From Dehalococcoidia bacterium (GTDB lineage: Bacteria > Chloroflexota > Dehalococcoidia > Plut-88900): a stretch of DNA of 64,000 bases. The translations under genes and the position numbers were made by a program. The notes beneath the pieces were generated by a model that ran no database searches, was not told the DNA's origin, and saw only the letters and a list, made by a program, of their open reading frames with translations. This document shows positions 1-7,610 of the stretch, in pieces (position 1 is the stretch's first letter; the number at the start of each line of letters is the position of its first letter). The stretch lies in contig OZ240219.1 of NCBI GenBank assembly GCA_965197645.1, positions 1,728,001-1,792,000 of the forward strand, written 5' to 3'.

Positions 1-1
1 A

Positions 2-1174
2 AGACACCTGCGAACCGCCCTTTCGACGCTGGACGAGGCCGGCGCCGACCCGGTTTCCCTGCAACACAAGCTATCGTTAGCCGCCGACAAGGTGACCTGG
101 CTGGTGGCCGGGGTTGACGAGCCACTCACCGCCCGGTATCCCGCACCCGAGCTGCCGGCCGACTTTTCGGTCCTCGCAACCGACGGCTCCGATATGGACG
201 TCGACCGGCACGGAGCGGCGAGCTGTTACCTCATCAACATCGGCAGCGTGACGCTGAAGTACGGAAGCCGGCCCGATGCTGCCCTGGAGAGCGAACCTCG
301 ATTGTACGCCGACGAGGAGGACATGGTACTGCGGGACCCGACTTCCAACCAGGAGCAGATGGTGACCGGCCAGGTTCTGGGGGCCAAACGGATGGTGGAG
401 GAGTGTCGAGCGCTGCGCAGGATGATCGAAGAACGGGTCGCGGACGAACCCGCCTTGGCGCTGCTGGATGGCTCTCTCATACTGTGGAACCTGGGAGGCC
501 GAGCCGTCCCCGATTTCGTGCTGGACGCCCTTCTGCACCGGGGACTGATGAAGGAGCTGAGCGCGTTCGAAGCGGCGTCCAAGGACAAACGGGTGGCCCT
601 GGCCAGCTACATCAGCCATCCACGAAGTACCGACGTGGTGAACGCTCTGCGAGTAGCCATATGTCCCCACGAATCAGTGGACTGTGACACCCATTGTTCC
701 CGGGGCCGAGACGGAAACAAGAGCTGCGGGACCTGCATGTCGAACCCCGCCGATCGAAGGGAATGCGACGAAGTAGCCGGCGTCACCGATAGACATCTGT
801 TCGGGGAGTTGTTGCAAACCGGAGAGCGATCGGCCCTGTTCCTGAACCGTTCGCAGATAATGAACAGCTACGCTGACGGCCAGAAGATACATTTCTTCTA
901 CCTGAACGTGGGTGACGAGGTGGCGAGGGTGGAGGTACCTCAGTGGGTCGCCGAGCGTAGAGAGCTGGTCGATCTGCTCCATTCGGTCTGCCTGGACCAG
1001 TGCCGGAAAGGGCACGGCTATCCCATAGCCCTGTCCGAGGCCCACGAGCAGGCGGTGGTGACGGGCGCCGATAGGGAGCAGTTCTGGTTGATGGTGGACC
1101 ATGCGCTGGGGGGCAACGGTCTGTGGCAGGGCGGCTCGGCCAAGAGCGTCAGCAAACGGACGAGGTGGATTTGA
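2..1174 (+). CDS. nurA: NurA-family DNA double-strand-break repair nuclease (5'-truncated by the window edge)
   Basis: Frame is open from position 2. Motifs ATDGS, LLDGSL, YISHPRS, RVEVPQW and GYPIALSEAHEQAVV are typical of NurA. Cys-rich insert in the middle. Confidence 0.88.
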   Translation, partial: RHLRTALSTLDEAGADPVSLQHKLSLAADKVTWLVAGVDEPLTARYPAPELPADFSVLATDGSDMDVDRHGAASCYLINIGSVTLKYGSRPDAALESEPRLYADEEDMVLRDPTSNQEQMVTGQVLGAKRMVEECRALRRMIEERVADEPALALLDGSLILWNLGGRAVPDFVLDALLHRGLMKELSAFEAASKDKRVALASYISHPRSTDVVNALRVAICPHESVDCDTHCSRGRDGNKSCGTCMSNPADRRECDEVAGVTDRHLFGELLQTGERSALFLNRSQIMNSYADGQKIHFFYLNVGDEVARVEVPQWVAERRELVDLLHSVCLDQCRKGHGYPIALSEAHEQAVVTGADREQFWLMVDHALGGNGLWQGGSAKSVSKRTRWI

Positions 1175-1280
1175 CGGAGCAGCATCCTACTAGCGCCTCA
1201 CCAGCTCTATGCGGTCCCCGTAGGGTAGAACGTCTGCATTCGGCACTACGTTCAGGAAGCACTTCGCATGTTTCTGCTAT

Positions 1281-2198
1281 CTATTTGTTCCAAGAAGGAT
1301 GGAGTGCGGAAACCAATTCGCTCTCGACTGACAGCCGTGCGCGTTTATCGCCCTTTATCGGATGGAACCACAGATAGAACGCGGTGCCCGTTTTTGCCCC
1401 ATTGAAGATCAGGTTGTTGATTCTACAATTCGTCTCTTGGCCGCCCTTGTAACAGTTCCTAGGTGATATGGTGCCATATCCGGTTGGTCCCCAGCGGGAT
1501 TCTAGATTCTCGCATTCACCGATGTAGAGTGGGTCGTCGCCACCAATAAGGACGTAGATGCCACTCCGCCGCCAACCTCGCGCTACCCGAAACCGGCAGA
1601 ACGGGCCATCACCGTATCTGTTGAGGGGCAGGTCACTATCGTTATGAAACCTGGACTGAGGAAACTCTTTGATGACTGCGCCACTTTCGTCACACACTGG
1701 TAGGATCGGTCCGACGATTCTGAAAGACCGCCCCACAAGGATACGGTCCATTTTGCGGACTTCGACTCTTGAAGGATCAAATCGAAAGCCCTCTCCCCCT
1801 TCTTCGTAGATGTCCTGACGGCTGAGACTCAGGCCTTCGGGCCACACCGCGGTGGGATGAACAGGCCACACCTCTTCCCGGCTCAGCTTACGGTTGCCCT
1901 CCGGGGACCTCCGCCGCCGGAAAAGCAGAGTTTCCGCGTCCATGTCGACCTCGCTAGTCTCCCACCCCGGCACGACCCAGGCAAGAGCGTGGCTGTGACC
2001 GTTGCTCTCGCTTGGATTTTCCCACCACTGGCGGTAACGACATGCGGACGGAGGCAGGTTGAAACCGAGGATCAACTCTATCTCGGCGAAGGAGGTCCTC
2101 CACTCCCGGTCCTGAATACCGCACAGGTGAGTGTACAACCTCTGGTACTTGCCCCGATTCGCCATCGCTCGATACTTCTGTGCTCGGTCTATCGCCAT
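1281..2198 (-). CDS. Fusion of a DUF7662-like N-terminal domain and a GIY-YIG-type nuclease
   Basis: N-term GKYQRLYTHL..SFAEIELILGFNLPPSA..WWEN..AW...GW. C-term SGIYVL..LYIGECENLESRW..GYGTISPRNCYKGGQETNCRIN. Start uncertain (2219/2198/2165). Confidence 0.65.
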   Translation of the reverse strand: MAIDRAQKYRAMANRGKYQRLYTHLCGIQDREWRTSFAEIELILGFNLPPSACRYRQWWENPSESNGHSHALAWVVPGWETSEVDMDAETLLFRRRRSPEGNRKLSREEVWPVHPTAVWPEGLSLSRQDIYEEGGEGFRFDPSRVEVRKMDRILVGRSFRIVGPILPVCDESGAVIKEFPQSRFHNDSDLPLNRYGDGPFCRFRVARGWRRSGIYVLIGGDDPLYIGECENLESRWGPTGYGTISPRNCYKGGQETNCRINNLIFNGAKTGTAFYLWFHPIKGDKRARLSVESELVSALHPSWNK

Positions 2199-2248
2199 GG
2201 AGAGCCACCTTCTGTTCACCAGCCAATCGGAGTTGTTTGTACAGCATG

Positions 2249-2254
2249 ATTATA
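2249..2254 (-). promoter_or_regulatory. Perfect -10 box (TATAAT) upstream of the DUF7662/GIY-YIG gene
   Basis: attata at 2249-2254 in an AT-rich patch; no well-spaced -35. Confidence 0.4.
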
Positions 2255-2367
2255 GTTAATACCCTTTTATCAAGTGTTTGCATGCGCCAAAGGGTGATCG
2301 TCGGCCAACCCAGGCTGAGGAGATGGGTACACTAGACTTGGGAGCCTATCCCGCAGTGCGGAACTGG

Positions 2368-4095
2368 CTAGAGGCCGCGTGCTTCCGCTCTGCCGAGGAC
2401 CTCGACGCCGCCGTGGAGCAGACCGCTCTCGGGGTCTATCAGGACCCCGCCCGGCTTGGCGAAGGCGTACTCGCTGTAATCGGTGCCGCCGTCGACCATG
2501 CGGTGACCTCGTTGGGCCAGCTTCTCCACGATCTCCTCATCGATCTCGTTGTCGTACAGGGTGTATCGCTCGCTGCAATCCACCCTGGGGGCGGCGATGG
2601 CATCCTGGACGCCCATCCCGTGGTCTATGACGTTCATGGTCACCTGGGTAACGGCATTCATTATCCGTCGACCCCCGGGTGCTCCGATGGCCAGGAATGG
2701 CTTGCCGTCCCGCATCACCATCAGGGGGCCCATGTTCACCAGCGGCCGTTTGTAACCCTCGATGGAGTTGGCCCGATTCGGCTCCGGGTGGAACCAGATC
2801 ATCCCGCCGGCCATCTGTACGCCCGTGCCCCTGGGCACCACCATCGATTGGCTGGCTATGGTGTGGGTGCAGGAGACCATGTTCCGGTCTTTGTCTACTG
2901 CACTGATGTGGCTGGTACTCGACGGCGGCGTGAGTCCCGATGGCTGGAAGGCGAGCTCGGGCTTGGGCGAGTCATCGAACTGCCACGGGTCGTGAATCGC
3001 CTTCGCCTCGTAGGCCGTCCATGGGTGTACGTCGCTACCCTCCAATGCTGCGTTCTCCGCATCTATCTCGCCGGCCACAGATGCCCCGTAGCCCGGAGAC
3101 AGCATGCCTTTCATGGGTACGGGGACGAACTGGGGGTCTCCCAGGTAGTGGTACCTATCGGCGAAGGCGTGACGGGTCCCCTCGATGAAGGTGTGAAGGT
3201 ACTCGACGGAGTTGTGTCCCAGGCTGCCCAAGTCGAAGCTGTTGAGGATGGAAAGGGTCTCCAGCTCGGTGATTCCTCCGTTGGCCACCGGTATACCCAG
3301 GATGTCGTGGCCGCGGTAGCTGACCCGTGCGGGTTCCATGAAGGTGGGTTCGTAGTCGGCCAGGTCTTCGGATGTGACGAGGCTTCCACCCGTGCTCATC
3401 TCGTCGACGATGGCCGCGGCTATATCGCCCCGGTAGAAAGCATCGGGGCCGTTTTTCGCTATGAGCCTCAGCGTCTGGCCCAGGTCCCTCTGTACCAGCT
3501 TTTCGCCCGCGCCGTAAGGGAACCCGTTGTTGAGAAAGATGGAGGCCGCCTCGGGGAAACGGGTCAGCACCGCCATCTCCGTAGCCAGGGTCGCTGCGCC
3601 GAAGGGAAGCAGATGGAACCCGTTTTCGGCGTAATGTATGGCCGGTTCCAGGACCTGCTCCAGGGGCAGGGAGCCGTAGCGCTGGTGGGCCTGGCAGAAG
3701 CCGGCGACGCTGGTGGGTACCGTTACGCTTCGGTGTCCGTGAAGGTTCTCATCTCCTTCCACCTCTTTGATGGCGATGGAGTCGTCGGCTGAGCCCAGCA
3801 CGTTGTACATATCCACGGTGGCGACCTTGGGGGCACGGGGGCAGAACTCCAAGGCCACCGTTTCGTTGCGGTCGGCTACGTGGATGAGCATGAACCCACA
3901 GCCGGCGATACAGACCTCGAAGGGCTCGACGACCCAGGAGGTGGCCGCGGCGGCAAAAGTAGCATCGATGGCGTTGCCGCCGGCTTTCAGCATCTCGTAC
4001 CCGGCCTCGGCCGAATGGGGATGGTTGGCGGTGATCAGCCCGTTGCTTGCGACGACCTCTTCCTTGCTGGTCCGTTTTCTCGTTCGTAACGCCAT
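2368..4095 (-). CDS. ggt: Gamma-glutamyltransferase family (Ntn hydrolase), no signal peptide
   Basis: GGNAIDA motif, TSHISAVD nucleophile Thr, GAPGGRRI, AIAAPR. ATG at 4095 preceded by GGAGG. Confidence 0.88.
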   Translation of the reverse strand: MALRTRKRTSKEEVVASNGLITANHPHSAEAGYEMLKAGGNAIDATFAAAATSWVVEPFEVCIAGCGFMLIHVADRNETVALEFCPRAPKVATVDMYNVLGSADDSIAIKEVEGDENLHGHRSVTVPTSVAGFCQAHQRYGSLPLEQVLEPAIHYAENGFHLLPFGAATLATEMAVLTRFPEAASIFLNNGFPYGAGEKLVQRDLGQTLRLIAKNGPDAFYRGDIAAAIVDEMSTGGSLVTSEDLADYEPTFMEPARVSYRGHDILGIPVANGGITELETLSILNSFDLGSLGHNSVEYLHTFIEGTRHAFADRYHYLGDPQFVPVPMKGMLSPGYGASVAGEIDAENAALEGSDVHPWTAYEAKAIHDPWQFDDSPKPELAFQPSGLTPPSSTSHISAVDKDRNMVSCTHTIASQSMVVPRGTGVQMAGGMIWFHPEPNRANSIEGYKRPLVNMGPLMVMRDGKPFLAIGAPGGRRIMNAVTQVTMNVIDHGMGVQDAIAAPRVDCSERYTLYDNEIDEEIVEKLAQRGHRMVDGGTDYSEYAFAKPGGVLIDPESGLLHGGVEVLGRAEARGL

Positions 4096-4339
4096 CTCTA
4101 TCTCCTCCCGGTACGGATTGCTCCAAAGAAATGAATGGGCACCGGCATAGCAGAGGATAGCACCGCTTCGAGCCGATTGCACGCCGGGCGATATCGCAGG
4201 CCAGGATGTATTCTGATAGAATCCAGCCGGTAGCGGAACCACAGATTAGGCCTTTCGGCGCCGCGACAGGAGTGGGTGAGAGGTCCCGATCGACACCCAG
4301 TCCGGACACCCTATCAAAGCCCAGTGAGGATACGACCGG

Positions 4340-5188
4340 GTGAGCATAAAGATAGAGGACATCGAAGCCAACGGCATGAGGTTCCGTTGCCGTACGGCCG
4401 GTGAGACCGGGGAACCGGTGGTACTGCTTCACGGTTTTCCCGAGACGTCCCACATGTGGACCCCCTTGATGGAGTCGCTGGCCACACAGGGGTATCGTTG
4501 CCTGGCGCCGGACCAGAGGGGATACAGCCCCGGCGCACGACCGGAAGAGACGGAGCACTACAGCTACGATCACCTTGCGAGCGACGTCATCGCACTCGCT
4601 GACGCGATGGGATTTGGAAAGATACACCTTATCGGTCACGACCACGGGGCCGGGGTGGGATGGGCCACGGTCTTCCGAAATCTGGACCGGATGCAAAGCT
4701 GGACCGCCCTATCGGTTCCGCACGTCGCCGCCTTCGTTAATGCGATACGCACCGACCCCGACCAGCAGGAGCGCAGCACCTACATCGGATTCTTCGTGAA
4801 GCCCGAGGCGCCGGAAAAGGAGCTGTCCGCCAACGATTACCAGAGCTTCAAGGAGTGGTGGGCCCTCAGCTCCGCAGAGGAGGTGGAGGACTATCTATCG
4901 GTGTTCCGGCAGGAGGGAGCGCTGACAGCCGCCTTGAACTGGTATCGGGCGGGACTGATTGGGGCGGGCGCCCCTCTGCTGTCCGTCGGTTCGATTTCCA
5001 CGCCTACGCTGATGATATGGGGCAACCAGGACGATGCCATAGGCCGCAAATCCAACGAAGACGCGCCCCAGTACATGACCGGGCCCTACAGATTTGTCGA
5101 GCTGGACGCAGGCCACTGGCTCGTCCAGGAAAAGACCGAGCGGGTAATCGACGAAGTGCTCCAGCACCTCAGGGCCAATCCCTTATGA
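4340..5188 (+). CDS. Alpha/beta hydrolase, epoxide-hydrolase-like
   Basis: HGFPE oxyanion motif, PDQRGYS, GHDHG nucleophile Asp, LNWYRA, C-terminal GHW. Confidence 0.88.
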   Translation: MSIKIEDIEANGMRFRCRTAGETGEPVVLLHGFPETSHMWTPLMESLATQGYRCLAPDQRGYSPGARPEETEHYSYDHLASDVIALADAMGFGKIHLIGHDHGAGVGWATVFRNLDRMQSWTALSVPHVAAFVNAIRTDPDQQERSTYIGFFVKPEAPEKELSANDYQSFKEWWALSSAEEVEDYLSVFRQEGALTAALNWYRAGLIGAGAPLLSVGSISTPTLMIWGNQDDAIGRKSNEDAPQYMTGPYRFVELDAGHWLVQEKTERVIDEVLQHLRANPL

Positions 5189-5263
5189 GTTGACCAGGTC
5201 TGGCGCTGTGGCTAGTATCGGTGACGCCCGGCTAACTATCGAGAGGCAGACGGAGCCTGGAAC

Positions 5264-6496
5264 ATGAACTTCGAACTGGAGTATTCCCCGGAGCAGGAGA
5301 GCTTCCGCCGCGAGGTACGGGACTGGCTTGGCAAGAACGTTCCGGACGACCTGGAGTTCCCCGTAGACTCCGAAGACCTGACCTTCGAACAGTACCGGAA
5401 ACGCAGAGACTTGGGCCGGGCGTTGGGCAATAAGGGCTGGCTGTGGCCGGCGGCGCCGATGGAGTATGGCGGCGGCGGGCTGTCGATGGACCGGGCGATA
5501 ATCATAACGGAGGAGCTGGACAGACTCGACCTGTCGCTGCCCCCCTACTACGATACTGGAGGCGCCCTGGGAGGAGCCTCCATACTGGTGTGGGGCTCCG
5601 AGGAGCAGAAGAAACGCTTCCTTCCTCCAATCATGAAGGGAGAGGTGCGTACCTGGCAGCTTCTGAGCGAACCGAACGCCGGTTCCGATCTGGCCGGCGT
5701 CCAGACCACGGCCATCCGGGACGGTGACGAGTACGTGATAAACGGTCAGAAGATATTCGTCGGCAGCGATCATGGCGCCGAGCAGTCCTGGATGATATGC
5801 GTCACGGATCTCGATGGGGAGCGCCACAAGAACGTCTCCTGGCTGGTTGTGCCCATGGACCTACCCGGGATATCGGTGCAGCCGATGGACCTGCTCGCCA
5901 CCAGTGGAGAGGGAGGCGGCGGCACAGGCAAGAAGAACTCGGTCTACTTCGATAATGTGCGTGTGCCCGCCTTCAACCTGGTGGGGGGAGAGAACAAGGG
6001 CTGGGATGTAGCCACGACCCACCTGGAGTTGGAGCACGGCGGAGGCGGCACGGTACGTAGGAACACCCTCGTAGACCGGTTTATCCAATACTGCAAGGAG
6101 ACCCATCGCAACGGCGCTCCCTTGAGCAAGGACCCGGACGTCCGTCAGAGGCTGGTGGACATCTATATCCAGGCGGAGGTCTCCAGGCTGTTCGGACTGA
6201 GGAACTTCTACCTCGCCAACGCCGACAAACCCCGCTCCTACGAGGGGCCCCAGTCCAGCTATTTCGACAAGATGTCCGGTCTGGACATATCGGAGCAGAT
6301 GCTGGATATCCTGGGCCCCTTCGCATTGGTGAAGGACGATAAGTGGAGCGTACTGAATGGGGCTATAGAGATGTACCAGCGGACGGCCATCGTGGACTTG
6401 CATCCGGGGGGAACGGCGGATATTCAGAAGGTGATCATGTCCAGGCGAATCGGCATCGGCCGGCCAACCAGAGAAGCAGCGGGCGCACTGGCCTAG
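5264..6496 (+). CDS. Acyl-CoA dehydrogenase (alpha-type subunit of a heteromeric pair)
   Basis: SEPNAGSDLA, INGQKIF, GGTADIQK motifs. Confidence 0.9.
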   Translation: MNFELEYSPEQESFRREVRDWLGKNVPDDLEFPVDSEDLTFEQYRKRRDLGRALGNKGWLWPAAPMEYGGGGLSMDRAIIITEELDRLDLSLPPYYDTGGALGGASILVWGSEEQKKRFLPPIMKGEVRTWQLLSEPNAGSDLAGVQTTAIRDGDEYVINGQKIFVGSDHGAEQSWMICVTDLDGERHKNVSWLVVPMDLPGISVQPMDLLATSGEGGGGTGKKNSVYFDNVRVPAFNLVGGENKGWDVATTHLELEHGGGGTVRRNTLVDRFIQYCKETHRNGAPLSKDPDVRQRLVDIYIQAEVSRLFGLRNFYLANADKPRSYEGPQSSYFDKMSGLDISEQMLDILGPFALVKDDKWSVLNGAIEMYQRTAIVDLHPGGTADIQKVIMSRRIGIGRPTREAAGALA

Positions 6497-7600
6497 ATGG
6501 ACCTGTCATTAACAGAGGACCAGGAGCAGATAAAGAGAGTCGCGCAGGAGTTCGTCCAGCGGGAGTATTCCAAGCAGGCCCTGGTGGAGATGGATGATAT
6601 GGATGCCGGCCTCACCCTCGATGGATGGGAAAAGGCCGCTGAGATGGGCTGGCCAGGGATGCTCGTTCCTCACGAGTACGGCGGATCGGGCAACTCGCTG
6701 ACAGAGGTGGGAGTAGTGTTCGAGGAGCTGGGCAAAGGCCCGGTGCCCGGCCCCTATTTCACCTCGGGCGTGCTGGCGGCCCTAACGTTCATAGAAGCCG
6801 GGACCCAGGATCAAAAACGGTCTATGCTGCCCGGTATCGCCAGCGGCCGTCGAATCTGCATCCTGGCCTTGACCGAGCCGGACTACGGGTGGGACCCGGA
6901 ATCGGTACGGATGAAACTGGAGCGCCGCAACGGCTCCTATTCAATCAATGGCACCAAGCTCTTCGTACAGGACGTCTTCGGCGCAACAGATCTCGTCTGC
7001 GCGGTGCGGGATGGGGAAGACGTGAGGTTCGTCATGGTCGATGCCCGCGGTCCGGGGGTGAGAGTGCGTCCGCTGGATGGCTTCATCGCCGGAACTGCCG
7101 AGGTAACCTTCGACTCGGTGGAGATCGAAGAATCGAATGTGCTGGCCGGCGGATGGTCCGCATTCCAGCAGGCCGTGCTGAAGGCCGTTCCCATCCTTTG
7201 TGCCTACCAGGTCGGTGGCTGTGAGGCAGTGTTCGATATGTCGGTGGAGTACAGCCGCACCAGGCAGCAGTTCGGCAGGCCCATCGGCCGGTTCCAGCGG
7301 GTGCAGGACCATATAATACGGTTGGCAAATCACCTGGATGCAGCCCGCTGGACCACCTACGAAGCACTGTGGAAGCTGGATAACGGGAAGGACGCCGAGA
7401 CCAGCGTGCACATGGCCAAAGCGGTGGCCAGCGAAGGCTACCTGAAGTCCTGCGACGCGGCCCACGAAGTACACGCGGGGATCGGGATCGACAGGGAGTA
7501 TGGATTGACCTTCCATACCCGGATGTCGCGGACCCTGTATAGCTTCCTGGGCGATCCCACCTACCATAGAAGGAAGCTGGGCGACACCCTAGGCCTGTAA
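6497..7600 (+). CDS. Acyl-CoA dehydrogenase (shorter beta-type partner)
   Basis: Abuts the previous gene. ALTEP, INGTKLFV, RQQFGRPIGRFQ, HEVHAGIG. Confidence 0.9.
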   Translation: MDLSLTEDQEQIKRVAQEFVQREYSKQALVEMDDMDAGLTLDGWEKAAEMGWPGMLVPHEYGGSGNSLTEVGVVFEELGKGPVPGPYFTSGVLAALTFIEAGTQDQKRSMLPGIASGRRICILALTEPDYGWDPESVRMKLERRNGSYSINGTKLFVQDVFGATDLVCAVRDGEDVRFVMVDARGPGVRVRPLDGFIAGTAEVTFDSVEIEESNVLAGGWSAFQQAVLKAVPILCAYQVGGCEAVFDMSVEYSRTRQQFGRPIGRFQRVQDHIIRLANHLDAARWTTYEALWKLDNGKDAETSVHMAKAVASEGYLKSCDAAHEVHAGIGIDREYGLTFHTRMSRTLYSFLGDPTYHRRKLGDTLGL

Positions 7601-7610
7601 TGGCCTGGCT

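Noticed and set aside
2278-3792. 504-aa plus-strand ORF
   Set aside because: Antisense shadow of the GGT-family gene; long stop-free antisense frames are expected at this GC content and it has no recognisable motifs.
4225-4340. ~110-nt leader before the alpha/beta hydrolase as a riboswitch
   Set aside because: No known aptamer consensus or terminator could be recognised by eye.
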